Virus record (IMG/VR): IMGVR_UViG_3300010373_000039
Coordinates: 1 to 64,000 of that record
Strand: one strand, 5' to 3'
DNA length: 64,000 bases
From: a virus
Shown here: positions 1 to 9,843 of the stretch, one piece after another
Numbering within the stretch: the stretch's first letter is position 1
How the letters are laid out: every line of letters starts with the position of its first letter
Position numbers and translations under genes: made by a program
Notes under the pieces: model-generated
What the model was told of the DNA's origin: nothing
Database searches by the model: none
Seen by the model: the letters and a program-made list of their open reading frames with translations, nothing else

Positions 1-66
1 CCCCCCCCCCACCCCCATCTCAAGATACCCCCTCCCCACCTTTGAAAAATACCCACAGGGGGCGGT
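1..66. other. C-rich tracts (G-rich on - strand); possible genome end or packaging-site region
   Basis: Runs of C (C10, C5, C5, C4, C4) around TTTGAAAAATA at the window start; non-coding. Confidence 0.3.
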
Positions 67-92
67 AATTCCTTAACACAACCTATCTTGTC

Positions 93-98
93 TATAAT
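93..98 (+). promoter_or_regulatory. -10 box TATAAT for a probably leaderless transcript
   Basis: TATAAT ends 6 nt before ATG 105; no Shine-Dalgarno. Confidence 0.5.
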
Positions 99-104
99 TC
101 CTAT

Positions 105-437
105 ATGCAACACAGCGGCTATGACAAACCGACCAATGAATTGCATGAATTCATGTACCGGCAATTTCCACCCAAACCCACCACATTCAATTTCCAATCG
201 GAGATGTCCCGTTTCATGTCGGTGGGTCATGGGATCAACGATGACAAATCCGAGTATGTGTTAATCACCGACGCGTTCCGAATACCGATGCCCGGTGCGG
301 CCCAACAATTGTTCCAAATTGCGTGTTGCCGGGAATTGATAAGACGGGTTCAATTCAAATGGTTCCCGATGCCGATCCATTTGACGGTGGATTGTGGTCC
401 GGGCGGTGAAGATGACGGTTTGGCTAGCGGTGTATGA
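105..437 (+). CDS. hypothetical protein
   Basis: ORF directly after a TATAAT box; overlaps the next ORF. Confidence 0.55.
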   Translation: MQHSGYDKPTNELHEFMYRQFPPKPTTFNFQSEMSRFMSVGHGINDDKSEYVLITDAFRIPMPGAAQQLFQIACCRELIRRVQFKWFPMPIHLTVDCGPGGEDDGLASGV

Positions 438-678
438 TCGCGATACCGGCGAACCCATGTTGCTCCGGTCCGAATGCATGGCAAGGGAATTATTCATGCC
501 CGGATCGTTCGCGATCGCAATACAATTCCTTCGGGACTACGTCCGCGATTTGTTGTTGCACGAATTGGACGAATGCATTTTGGTCGAGGGTGTGCGGTTG
601 TACGATCCCCACAAACCTAAACCGCCGGCCAAGTATGCCGGCATGGTTATGCTGCCCCCTAACGTGGTAACACCATGA
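412..678 (+). CDS. hypothetical protein (HELDE...YDPH motif)
   Basis: ORF coupled to the next gene by ATGA; possibly the frameshifted continuation of 105..437. Confidence 0.55.
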   Translation: MTVWLAVYDRDTGEPMLLRSECMARELFMPGSFAIAIQFLRDYVRDLLLHELDECILVEGVRLYDPHKPKPPAKYAGMVMLPPNVVTP

Positions 679-884
679 ATATTTACATGATCGTTTTAAC
701 CATCGGATTGATCGGGTTCGCCGCCGTTTGTGTGGTTTGGATGTTTGTGTTATCGATAGAGGTGTGGCGGTATAGTCATTGGAGATCAATTTTGATGTTT
801 GTGGGAAGTGTACTGATGACCAATGCGTTGGTGTCGGCGGTCCTGTTTTTCTTCAAGTGGGCGGTTTTCCAAAGGATAAAGTGA
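675..884 (+). CDS. small membrane protein (2 TM)
   Basis: Two hydrophobic segments; ATGA overlap. Confidence 0.65.
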   Translation: MNIYMIVLTIGLIGFAAVCVVWMFVLSIEVWRYSHWRSILMFVGSVLMTNALVSAVLFFFKWAVFQRIK

Positions 885-915
885 CCCTTTTCCATTTCTA
901 TTTGAAGGTAATTTT

Positions 916-2094
916 ATGAGCGAACGTGTCATCGTATTTACGCCGCGCGAGGCCAATCGCTACCGGGAACGCTATCATCGGGTGTGTGACACCGAGCATG
1001 TCGTGGCGGGGGATGGGTTAATCATCCCGGTTGCGGACATCGACGCCGTTTTGGACCAACGCGCCCAAACTATCACCGCCGAAAACGAGCAATTGAAGGG
1101 GGATTTGCGGGTGGCGGTGTCGTTTCTTAACGATTTGACCGATTTGTTGGACCAATTCGTGCCGGTCCGTGAATTCATCGCCAAAATCCGGTTCCCCAAA
1201 CCCAAGAAAAATATCATGGAAACACCGACGCCCACCGATCCTACCGCCGTGTCCGAAATCACCCGTGGGTTGGCCATGTTCCTTCGGCACCGCAACATCT
1301 ACCGCGTGCCGGAGACCATCGACGTGACCGGTAAATCGACCCCGGATCACATTAAAAAGGGGGTGTACGGTGAAACCCGGTTTGATTGTGACAACGCCAA
1401 AAACCTGAACGTGTATTTGGACGGCATCAAACAGGATGCGGTGGAGGTGGACGTGAAGGGTGGGTGGGCGCGTTGCCAGGATCGTTGCATGGGGGCCCTG
1501 TACATCATCAACAACCAAATAAAGGAATCTATTCGGTTTGGCGAGGTGACGTTGGAATTTATGGACCCCGTTGCGGAAAAGGTCACAACCATCGCCGATC
1601 CGGCCGCAACCGTTGAAAAGGTGGTGGGCACCGAATCGACCACGGTTGCGGCGACCGCCAAACCGGAAACGATCGCTAAAAATACCGACGCCAAAATCAT
1701 GGTGACCGATTGCCTGGCCCGCATTTGCCAATTTGAATCGTGGATGCGCAGCTACAATTTCCTGCGTTCGCCTCTTGGGGAACAACAGGAATCCACCTCG
1801 TTGGACGGCATCCGGATTTTGGTCCATGGATTGGATGTGGCGGTGCAATTGGAAAAGGGTGGCCGGATTATCACCGCCACCGAATTACCCAATAGCGAAC
1901 ACACCGACAACATCGAGTTGTATCAAACCATCGTCAAAGCGCTGCCGATCCTGGGAAATCTATTGGTCAGCAACCATCATGCGATTATGAAGGATCAAGC
2001 TAATGCCCTCGATGTTTACGATGGGTGGTTTAAGGAGAATCGGCTACTTGAGAACGTGCCGAAAATAAAGGAGAGCCAATGGCCTACCACATAA
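916..2094 (+). CDS. hypothetical multidomain protein
   Basis: 392-aa ORF, GAAGG RBS. Confidence 0.75.
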   Translation: MSERVIVFTPREANRYRERYHRVCDTEHVVAGDGLIIPVADIDAVLDQRAQTITAENEQLKGDLRVAVSFLNDLTDLLDQFVPVREFIAKIRFPKPKKNIMETPTPTDPTAVSEITRGLAMFLRHRNIYRVPETIDVTGKSTPDHIKKGVYGETRFDCDNAKNLNVYLDGIKQDAVEVDVKGGWARCQDRCMGALYIINNQIKESIRFGEVTLEFMDPVAEKVTTIADPAATVEKVVGTESTTVAATAKPETIAKNTDAKIMVTDCLARICQFESWMRSYNFLRSPLGEQQESTSLDGIRILVHGLDVAVQLEKGGRIITATELPNSEHTDNIELYQTIVKALPILGNLLVSNHHAIMKDQANALDVYDGWFKENRLLENVPKIKESQWPTT

Positions 2095-2492
2095 CCTGCG
2101 AACGATGCGAAAAGAGGTGCCCGCAAAGGGCGAATTTTTGCCCCGCATGTGGGTATCAATTGGTTTCCTGTAGAACGGTTACCCGGTCCTTGCGGCAACA
2201 ACGTAAAATGCTGGACAAACAAAAACAATTGTTCGGACAGCCCCATTTGGTTGCGTTTGGCGAGGAATTGGAACGATTGGCTGCGGCGGGGGCGGTTTCA
2301 AAACAACATGAACCCAATGCGCGTGAATTGTTGGTGGGGTTTCACCAACGACGTATTGACAGGCTTGAAAAAGAACTGGCCGAGGAAAAACAGGAATTGG
2401 AAAAGGCCAAACAATCCGATCCGAACGCCCCCGTGATCCGTTGCCCGGTTTGCCGTGGCTACGAAAAACCCTATTGGTCATGCGATTGTTAG
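2079..2492 (+). CDS. zinc-ribbon/coiled-coil protein
   Basis: CERC, CPAC, CPVC and CDC Cys pairs; AAGGAG RBS. Confidence 0.7.
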   Translation: MAYHITCERCEKRCPQRANFCPACGYQLVSCRTVTRSLRQQRKMLDKQKQLFGQPHLVAFGEELERLAAAGAVSKQHEPNARELLVGFHQRRIDRLEKELAEEKQELEKAKQSDPNAPVIRCPVCRGYEKPYWSCDC

Positions 2493-2503
2493 AAAGGACA
2501 CCC

Positions 2504-2686
2504 ATGCGCGCAATGATGGTCAACCGTGGATTGCGGTTTTTCCAAGTGGCAAAGGCCTGCAATTTTTCCTTGAAGTCCCCGGCCCGGAAACGGGCCATTA
2601 GGAAAATCATCGCCCGTCGTGCCGGAACGGAACCGGCCTATGCGATTTTGGCGGCATCGATCCCCCGGCATCTTGTTTATATTTAG
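2504..2686 (+). CDS. small basic hypothetical protein
   Basis: AAAGGA RBS before ATG 2504; fills the gap between neighbours. Confidence 0.55.
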   Translation: MRAMMVNRGLRFFQVAKACNFSLKSPARKRAIRKIIARRAGTEPAYAILAASIPRHLVYI

Positions 2687-2689
2687 GTC

Positions 2690-2983
2690 ATGGACGAACA
2701 ACAACTAAATCAATTGACCCACGTGGCCCGCGACGGCGCGTTGACCAAGGAACAGGGGTTGGCGTTGATCCGGGAAATCCGGGAACACCAACATCATGAC
2801 AACCAAATGATGGAATTGCTTCTTTGCATGGTCCGCTACGCCGGTCATCCGGTGCCCAACACGGAAAACACCTACCGCGTGTCCATCCCGGTCAACCATG
2901 ACGTGCGCGACCACGATCAATTGGAAACCGGCCGGGACCTGGACAATAAAACCTTTACCTACATCCGTCGCAAAGGAGCATAA
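2690..2983 (+). CDS. hypothetical protein
   Basis: Tightly packed ORF. Confidence 0.7.
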   Translation: MDEQQLNQLTHVARDGALTKEQGLALIREIREHQHHDNQMMELLLCMVRYAGHPVPNTENTYRVSIPVNHDVRDHDQLETGRDLDNKTFTYIRRKGA

Positions 2984-2986
2984 ATC

Positions 2987-3367
2987 ATGTGCGCAAAAGA
3001 GGAAACAGCATCGGACCCCAAACCGGCACCACAGCCGATTCCCAATGACGCGAAGAAATTCGTCTCCGACGTGATCGAACGGTTCTACAAATCGTGCCGC
3101 GAAAAATCGACCGCGTTATCCGTCAACGAGATCCAATTCGATTTGATCCTGTTTCATTTTACGAAAACGGAAATGGAATTGGGCAAAATCGCCCAATTGA
3201 TAGGAATCGACCGCGCGCACCTCGATGAGTTGGTCGGTTTCATGTTTCAATCCCGTGGGTCCGTCCTTCGGTGTTACCAAACGGTTAAGGAAAACCACCA
3301 CGTCACCGATGCCCAATTGGAATCGGTTATTTCCGAGGTTATGGAGAAGGTTATCAAGGATACGTGA
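2987..3367 (+). CDS. hypothetical protein
   Basis: AAGGAG RBS, tight packing. Confidence 0.7.
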   Translation: MCAKEETASDPKPAPQPIPNDAKKFVSDVIERFYKSCREKSTALSVNEIQFDLILFHFTKTEMELGKIAQLIGIDRAHLDELVGFMFQSRGSVLRCYQTVKENHHVTDAQLESVISEVMEKVIKDT

Positions 3368-3371
3368 ACCC

Positions 3372-3986
3372 ATGACGTTTGAAAAAACCGCCGCGATCGT
3401 CGCCCAAAAACTCATGGAAGGGTTAAAGGATTTTCCGTGGGTGACCGAAACCCCGGAAACGTATTTGACGTTCACCGATTTATTCACGATCAACATCTAC
3501 CCCAAACGGGTGATCGGGGACCGCCAATGGATGGAATCGCTGGATCGGGCAACGGCTAAAATCGTCGCGGCGGTTCAAGAATATGCCTCGGTCCATAAAA
3601 ATATCCTCATGGTGGCACCGCCGAGAACTCCATTAGGTCTTGGCGTTAAAATGACGCAAATCGGTGGACCGTATGGGACCGTCGAGTATCGATTTGATTA
3701 TGTTGCACACGAACGGCTTCCACGATGTTGGGTTGGTTTTGTACTGGGCCATATCATACCGCCCGCACGGCCCACACCGGAGATGATCGACAAAATTCTC
3801 AAAAACCTGTTGCGGGACCATCGGGCGATCATCCAACACCGTTGCCGGGAATTTGAAAACAACCCCCATCCCGGCAAGGATAAAACCATGTGTCCGGTGT
3901 TGTCCGGCGATGGTCCGTGCGATAAATGTGAGGAGCGATCGTTGTATGTCCGGCTAAACCATCTTTTGGATTTGATCGAGGGATAA
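3372..3986 (+). CDS. hypothetical protein with C-terminal Cys/His cluster
   Basis: Start chosen at ATG 3372, just after the upstream stop. Confidence 0.65.
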   Translation: MTFEKTAAIVAQKLMEGLKDFPWVTETPETYLTFTDLFTINIYPKRVIGDRQWMESLDRATAKIVAAVQEYASVHKNILMVAPPRTPLGLGVKMTQIGGPYGTVEYRFDYVAHERLPRCWVGFVLGHIIPPARPTPEMIDKILKNLLRDHRAIIQHRCREFENNPHPGKDKTMCPVLSGDGPCDKCEERSLYVRLNHLLDLIEG

Positions 3987-3988
3987 TC

Positions 3989-4192
3989 ATGGGACGCCGG
4001 ATGCCACCCGATTTTCAAAAGCGGATCAGCGAGGGGATGAAACGGTATTGGCAGCGCCGCAAGGAAAATGAAAAATACTGCCACGCGCAACACAACGATG
4101 GGGAATGTGATTGGGCGAAATGTCCCAATCCGTCGAGGGATATTTTGGTGGGGCGATGCCCGTTGCCGCGACGGGAACGTTACGAATGTTGA
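3989..4192 (+). CDS. small Cys-rich protein with NUMOD3-like basic N-terminus
   Basis: KRISEGMKRYW segment; CHAQHNDGECDWAKCP...CPL. Confidence 0.6.
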   Translation: MGRRMPPDFQKRISEGMKRYWQRRKENEKYCHAQHNDGECDWAKCPNPSRDILVGRCPLPRRERYEC

Positions 4193-4203
4193 AGGAATTT
4201 CGG

Positions 4204-4581
4204 ATGTCATTTACGTTCCATTTTGAGAAAGGCGTTCCCACTTGGACAAGGAATTTTGTCCAATCGGTTTGCCGTAAAATGGAATCGATAACCGATATCC
4301 GTCACGATGTTTTGGTTTACGTGGTTCCATCCACCGCCGTTACCTTCAACAACACCGGATGTGGGTTTGGTTGTTTCACCCATCGGGTTAAGGGAAAACC
4401 CGCAATTATCCTGGCCGGACGCCGGTTACCGGAAATACCCGTTGCGGAGTGGGTGGACCATCTAACCGACACGATCATTCATGAGATTGTTCACTACGAG
4501 CAATTCCGTGATGAAAAACCAATCACCGAACGCGGCGTGGCCGTTCGCATCAAAAATCTTATTAGGATTGCAAACCAATGA
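4204..4581 (+). CDS. zincin-like metallopeptidase domain protein
   Basis: HExxH motif (IIHEIVHYEQ); AAGGA RBS. Confidence 0.6.
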   Translation: MSFTFHFEKGVPTWTRNFVQSVCRKMESITDIRHDVLVYVVPSTAVTFNNTGCGFGCFTHRVKGKPAIILAGRRLPEIPVAEWVDHLTDTIIHEIVHYEQFRDEKPITERGVAVRIKNLIRIANQ

Positions 4582-5162
4582 ACCGTTTGACCGATGAACA
4601 AATCACATGGTTGGAAACCCAATCGTTCCCGGACGCGGTCCCCCAACCCGGTCCCGAGGGGTTGCCACAATTCCTGACCCATTGGGGCAATAAAGACCAC
4701 CCGACCCCCATATCGGCACTAGCAAACGCTCTTCGTGCCGCAAACGCGACCCTGGATCGTCTGCGCATGGATTCCACGGCGATTCAATTCGCCCATTGGT
4801 TCCCCAAATACGCCGGGTCCGCTACGTCATTTTGTCATAGCGATATGATGGCCGCATTTTTGGCCGGGGTCCGCGCCGCGTCGCGCGTCGATCCGTTACC
4901 GCTAGTCGCTACCGAAGCCCCGCCGTCATTGACCGGGGAAACGGCGTGGGAAATCCATCGGATGCCCCCGCGCAAATCGGACTACTACCACGGCGAACAA
5001 CCCTTTACTGAGGAGATGCGCAAATTCCTTAAATTGGGAAGATTGTATCGGGCCAAACTTGGCAAGGGTCGATACTACTATTCGACCACCGCCATGGGTG
5101 CGGTGAATGCGGCGCTGGTGGCAAAGGAACGTTTGATGTTGCCGACTAAGGCAAAGGAATAA
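4578..5162 (+). CDS. hypothetical protein
   Basis: ATGA-coupled ORF. Confidence 0.7.
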   Translation: MNRLTDEQITWLETQSFPDAVPQPGPEGLPQFLTHWGNKDHPTPISALANALRAANATLDRLRMDSTAIQFAHWFPKYAGSATSFCHSDMMAAFLAGVRAASRVDPLPLVATEAPPSLTGETAWEIHRMPPRKSDYYHGEQPFTEEMRKFLKLGRLYRAKLGKGRYYYSTTAMGAVNAALVAKERLMLPTKAKE

Positions 5163-5166
5163 TCCA

Positions 5167-5448
5167 ATGGTTGTGGACACATACGAATTTGCACAATCCT
5201 TGCGCGACAAAATTTACCGGATGGAATTGCCGGCCGGTTCAAAACCGTTGACAGCGAATTACATTAAGTTTTGTGGTGCCTTTGTTCTTTATTTTGAGCG
5301 CACGCAGGAATTGGCCAATCCGGTGGATGTTTATGATATTGGATTCTTCCACCCCCGACATGAAATTCCCGAAGGGATGATTTATCTTAATACGATCGTC
5401 CATGAGGGAAGCATTTTCGTGTACTACAAGAAGTTTTCGAAGGAGTAG
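5167..5448 (+). CDS. hypothetical protein
   Basis: AAGGA RBS, tight packing. Confidence 0.65.
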   Translation: MVVDTYEFAQSLRDKIYRMELPAGSKPLTANYIKFCGAFVLYFERTQELANPVDVYDIGFFHPRHEIPEGMIYLNTIVHEGSIFVYYKKFSKE

Positions 5449-5450
5449 TT

Positions 5451-5810
5451 ATGGCAATCGACACCGACGGCGAGGGTGGGTTTATTATCCCACAAAACAT
5501 AACCAATGCGTTACCGCGAACGATTAGCGTAGAGATCGAACCCAACAAAAAGATTTTTCTTCGGACGCGGATCAACGACGAAAAGCTCGAGCATGAGGTT
5601 GAAATATCACGCAAGGCAATTGATTCGTTGATCCGGGAATTGCGGAAACACTCAACGATGACGGCGCACCAATGGGTTATGGAGGAGCTTGCGCGGATGG
5701 GGGTTGGGATGGTTCCCGGCAAGACGATTGTATTGGAATGCGTGGCGACGGTTCATGCACGAACGATAGAAAACGAAATCCAGCGCGCCGGCACCGTAAA
5801 ACATGATTGA
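5451..5810 (+). CDS. hypothetical protein
   Basis: AAGGAG RBS. Confidence 0.65.
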   Translation: MAIDTDGEGGFIIPQNITNALPRTISVEIEPNKKIFLRTRINDEKLEHEVEISRKAIDSLIRELRKHSTMTAHQWVMEELARMGVGMVPGKTIVLECVATVHARTIENEIQRAGTVKHD

Positions 5811-6387
5811 CGACCTTTCATTTTTTACCATCGTCCACAACGAGGAATCGTTGTTGCCGGGGTTGTTGTCGATCATGCGACCGGTAGCGGCGGAAATCGT
5901 TGTGGTGGTGCAGGAAAGCACCGACAAAACCCTTTACCATGCATGGCAATACGCGGATCGGGTGATTGGGGACAATCACTATGGGTTCATGGAACCATCG
6001 CTGAATCTTGCTCACGCCCAATGCACCAAACCATGGTTGCTTCAATTAGATGCCGATGAGATGCCTACGCCGCATTTATTAGAGGATCTTCATTGGATGG
6101 TTAAGTCGGGCAACAATGGTTTTCATTTGCACCGGATAAACTATGTGGATGACCGGCATTGTATCGATCCTGAAAACCCCCACGATATGCAGATGCGGTT
6201 ATGGCGGCGGAACCGTGTAAAAGCATTCCCCGGACGCCGAATCCACCGCACCGTAGAAATCCACCCGCCTATATCCAGCATTCTGTATGAATGCATCATC
6301 CACCGCAAAACCCGCGAACGATACGACGCCAACCAACTTCGATACAATCAATTGATAGCGTCCGGCGCTGCCGTTCAATGGCGTTAG
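5803..6387 (+). CDS. glycosyltransferase family 2
   Basis: GT-A signature: IVHNEE, EIVVV..ESTDKT, WLLQLDADE (DxD). Confidence 0.85.
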   Translation: MIDDLSFFTIVHNEESLLPGLLSIMRPVAAEIVVVVQESTDKTLYHAWQYADRVIGDNHYGFMEPSLNLAHAQCTKPWLLQLDADEMPTPHLLEDLHWMVKSGNNGFHLHRINYVDDRHCIDPENPHDMQMRLWRRNRVKAFPGRRIHRTVEIHPPISSILYECIIHRKTRERYDANQLRYNQLIASGAAVQWR

Positions 6388-6413
6388 GCCGGATTTAACA
6401 ACAGGAGCGACCG

Positions 6414-8222
6414 ATGAAATGGAAATTGGATGTTTTTGACAATCGGGTTTTGATTAGAACCAAGGACGGTCAATTGGTAGGTGACCTTGCGAAGGATGGC
6501 AAAATTGCGTCCGATCTGCGTTGGTTGATTGCGGCCCACAACCGCAAATCGGAACGATCGGCGCACCAACAACGGGTGGATGAATTCATGCGGTTGGCCG
6601 GCCGCACCCTTCCCCAAACCCCAACGATCCCGGACGTGGACACGCGGCGATTGTGCGGCGCATTGATCTTGGAGGAATCGTTGGAAACGATCGAGGCGTT
6701 GGGATTCCTTGCCTCGGTTGAAATCAATCGAAATCCGGATGGCGTAACCCAGGAAATGGTTTCGTACCTTTACGAACATGGCAAACCGGATTTGGAAAAG
6801 TCGGTGGACGGCTGTATCGACACCCGCTACGTCTGCACATACACCCTTTCATCATTAGGGGTTTCCGACCGCCGACCCCAGGAATTGATTGACGCCGCCA
6901 ATCTCGCCAAATTCGATCCGCCCCATTGCCCGGATTGTGGCAAGGTTTTAACGTGGTCCGGCGTTATTGAGAATGGTGGAGGATGGGTTTGCACCTACCA
7001 CGAATGTAAACGAACCGGTTTTCCCAAGGAAATTGGCCCCTACACCCGCGAGGATGGTAAACACATCAAACCGCCCTATTGGAAACCGCCGGCGCTGGAC
7101 ATGGAATTGGTCCGGCAATCGGAGGGGTGCCCGACGTGTGCGCAATGCGGCGCGATCATGGTCAAACACGACCCCAACGAAACAACCACCTATGCCGGTT
7201 GGTGGGTGTGTTTCGAGCATGGATCGGAACATCGGATCGTGAGTACGAGTGCCCTTAATAGGGGAATCGTAAACCAACGCATCGCCGATACGATGGTGGT
7301 AAAAGAACCGGTCCAGGAATTTGCGTCCCGTCAATGGCTTGAGTTGTTGGTAAAGGAAGGGAAACGACTCCGCGCCACGGCCATTGTTGATGATGATTTT
7401 CCAAACATCCGATCCATATTCGACAGCACCTTGGCAAGTGCTGATAAGTATCTCCAGGATGGTGTATTTTGCGCCGATAAAGAAACGGTGTCCAAATTTG
7501 AGAAATCCATGGCGTTCGCCGAATGGTGGAAATCCCATCCGGAATTGCACCATAATTCCCAATCCGAGGAATTGGCGCACGCGGCATTCGACGCCGGACG
7601 CAACGCCCCGGTGGTAGGTGAGGTGCCATGGACGATCCGGGGTGGTGTCCGTCCCGACCCGACAACCGTTCATGGTAATCCGGGTGAACCGACACCCTTC
7701 GAATTTGCCTACATGAACCATCGTGGGGAATTTTCCAATCGTCGGGTCATTCCCCGTGCCGTGGCTTATGGCATCACCGACTACCACCCGCAACCGGGAT
7801 GGTTTTTGATCGCGCACGATTTAGACAAAAATGAGATCAGGACGTTTAGTCTAAACGGCATCAATGACACACGCCGTCCTGCTCAAATCATCCCTTCCGA
7901 ATCGATCAAACCCTATGTGCAGGAAATATCGACCTGCTCCGAGGAGTACATATTGATCCATCATCCGGGATGGTACGCGATCATCACACAACCCTGGTGC
8001 AAGCTCGGTCAACCGATCCATTTCGTTAATAACGGTAGGTTTATCGCCTCCGGCACTATTACCGCGATCGACCGGCCCGAAAACCACGACATTAAGGAAT
8101 TTCCGGGTTGGTGGATCATTCGCTACAAACCGGACCAGGTAGTTGAATCCTCGCCGGCCCGCACTACCGAATCACAAGATATGTCGATGTCCCCGTTCCC
8201 GGATCAAGGAAGTGGTGGGTAA
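6414..8222 (+). CDS. MazG-like (DR2231/PRA-PH type) NTP pyrophosphohydrolase fused to Zn ribbons and a WYL domain
   Basis: RVDEFM, LILEESLE, DGCIDTRYV, ANLAK, REDGKHIKPPYWKPP; WYL-like YMNHRGEFSNRRVIP...WFLIAHDLDKNEIRTFSL. Confidence 0.75.
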   Translation: MKWKLDVFDNRVLIRTKDGQLVGDLAKDGKIASDLRWLIAAHNRKSERSAHQQRVDEFMRLAGRTLPQTPTIPDVDTRRLCGALILEESLETIEALGFLASVEINRNPDGVTQEMVSYLYEHGKPDLEKSVDGCIDTRYVCTYTLSSLGVSDRRPQELIDAANLAKFDPPHCPDCGKVLTWSGVIENGGGWVCTYHECKRTGFPKEIGPYTREDGKHIKPPYWKPPALDMELVRQSEGCPTCAQCGAIMVKHDPNETTTYAGWWVCFEHGSEHRIVSTSALNRGIVNQRIADTMVVKEPVQEFASRQWLELLVKEGKRLRATAIVDDDFPNIRSIFDSTLASADKYLQDGVFCADKETVSKFEKSMAFAEWWKSHPELHHNSQSEELAHAAFDAGRNAPVVGEVPWTIRGGVRPDPTTVHGNPGEPTPFEFAYMNHRGEFSNRRVIPRAVAYGITDYHPQPGWFLIAHDLDKNEIRTFSLNGINDTRRPAQIIPSESIKPYVQEISTCSEEYILIHHPGWYAIITQPWCKLGQPIHFVNNGRFIASGTITAIDRPENHDIKEFPGWWIIRYKPDQVVESSPARTTESQDMSMSPFPDQGSGG

Positions 8223-8482
8223 TGAAACCAACGACCCCCGTTTTACCGTCCCATCCGGAATTTCCGGAGATGACGTTGGCCAAGGACCAACCGGAGTACG
8301 AACCATTGCCGGTATGCGTGATCCGCTACGGCAACGGGGATATTTCTACGATCTCGCGTTGGCGATTCACGTGGCGGGAACGTTTACGGGTATTGTTCAC
8401 CGGAACCATGTGGTTGGAGCAACTTACCTTTGGTAGTCGTTTGCAACCTCAATTGCCCCACACGCGGGAACCATTGACATAA
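8222..8482 (+). CDS. phage hypothetical protein
   Basis: TAATG coupling; KDQPEYEPLP...W.FTWRER...LQP pattern. Confidence 0.7.
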   Translation: MKPTTPVLPSHPEFPEMTLAKDQPEYEPLPVCVIRYGNGDISTISRWRFTWRERLRVLFTGTMWLEQLTFGSRLQPQLPHTREPLT

Positions 8483-8491
8483 GGATTATTT

Positions 8492-9343
8492 GTGCTGCCT
8501 ATCGCCGTTGGCATCCCGACGTACACGAACCTTGCCGGATTGTCGCAGTTGGTCCCCTCGCTATTCAAACAGGGGGATGTGGCGGTTGATTTGATGATCG
8601 TTTGTAACCACCCCGACACATGGGGGTTCGTGGACGATTGGCGCAACGAATGGGGGGCGCATGTGTGGGCACCGACCGACAACCGGGGCGTAGCCGCGTC
8701 ATGGAATATCCTGGCCAAACATGCGTTCGCGACCGGTCACAACCAAATTATACTCCTTAATGACGACGTGGTTTTAAAATCGGATAAGGTTTTGTCCGAT
8801 TTGCTGTGGGCCAATCGACTATGGGATGGTCGTGCATTGTTCACCGCCGGCGTGAACGGTTGGCACACATTTAGCTTGTCCAAGAAGTTGTATGACGCCG
8901 TGGGGAATTTTGACGAGGGGTTTTGGCCCGCCTACTACGAGGATAACGATTATTCCCGCCGCATTGCGGTTTGGAGGAGTATGGAACAGATCATTTGTGA
9001 TTTTACCGGCTTGCCCTATAGACCGGTTGCCGGCGCGCGATTGATAGAGGAGGTGGGAATCATGTTGGGGGGTAAATATGAAAAACCGGTAACCCCTCTA
9101 AAGGAACGGTTTGAGGAATTAGCGATCAACGTTCCGGTCGAACACAACCTTCGTGGATCGCAAACAAACCATCCCGACGTAAAAACGTGGTTGGAAAAAA
9201 CCCATGACATCGTTCATGCCCGCTACATCGCCAAATGGGGCGGTCCGGCTAAACAAGAACGATTCACCCAACCATGGGACGGCAAACCGGGCTTGGACAC
9301 ATCCCGCTATATCTTAGAGCAAATGGGCTTGGGCAAACCCTAA
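8492..9343 (+). CDS. glycosyltransferase family 2
   Basis: VGIPTY, NRGVAASWN, ILLNDD, VGNFDEGFWPAYYEDNDY. Confidence 0.85.
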   Translation: MLPIAVGIPTYTNLAGLSQLVPSLFKQGDVAVDLMIVCNHPDTWGFVDDWRNEWGAHVWAPTDNRGVAASWNILAKHAFATGHNQIILLNDDVVLKSDKVLSDLLWANRLWDGRALFTAGVNGWHTFSLSKKLYDAVGNFDEGFWPAYYEDNDYSRRIAVWRSMEQIICDFTGLPYRPVAGARLIEEVGIMLGGKYEKPVTPLKERFEELAINVPVEHNLRGSQTNHPDVKTWLEKTHDIVHARYIAKWGGPAKQERFTQPWDGKPGLDTSRYILEQMGLGKP

Positions 9344-9377
9344 TACGTTGCCTATCCCCTTAAAATTCGTGTACCAT
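9344..9377 (+). promoter_or_regulatory. TACGTTG-class promoter (terminase operon)
   Basis: TACG-TTGCCT, 18-nt spacer, TACCAT; intergenic. Confidence 0.65.
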
Positions 9378-9387
9378 CCCCGCCGCT

Positions 9388-9828
9388 ATGGCCAAGAAAC
9401 CAAAACGGGAACGGGTGAAATTAAAGCGCAACAAACCGGTGGCGGACCGGTCCGCGCCAGTGCGGCATTTGTCTAAAGAGGTAAGCAAAGAGTTTTGTCG
9501 GTTGGCCCGTAAGGGAATTCCGGCATCCACCATCGTCGATTATCTAGGCATCCCCGCCAGTGCATTTCACGAATGGTTGGCCAAGGCCAAATCGTTCGAT
9601 GCCACCAACGATCCCAATTTGGCGGTTTACGGCCAATTCGTGCGCAATTTCAAACGGGCGTGCGCCCGGTATTTGATCGACCGGCAGGCATTGATGGAAA
9701 CCGGCGACCCCAAGGAATACTACCGCGAGGTGGTGATTTTGGAACGACGCGATCGCAAGAATTGGGGCAAGATAGAGCAGGCCGGTGGTGAAACCGAGGC
9801 CTACGATCCCGACGAGAAGTTTATTTAG
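9388..9828 (+). CDS. terS: terminase small subunit (putative)
   Basis: HTH-like segment (YLGIPASAFHEWL) and LERRDRKNWGK; directly upstream of TerL. Confidence 0.75.
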   Translation: MAKKPKRERVKLKRNKPVADRSAPVRHLSKEVSKEFCRLARKGIPASTIVDYLGIPASAFHEWLAKAKSFDATNDPNLAVYGQFVRNFKRACARYLIDRQALMETGDPKEYYREVVILERRDRKNWGKIEQAGGETEAYDPDEKFI

Positions 9829-9843
9829 TCCACGGGATGCACC

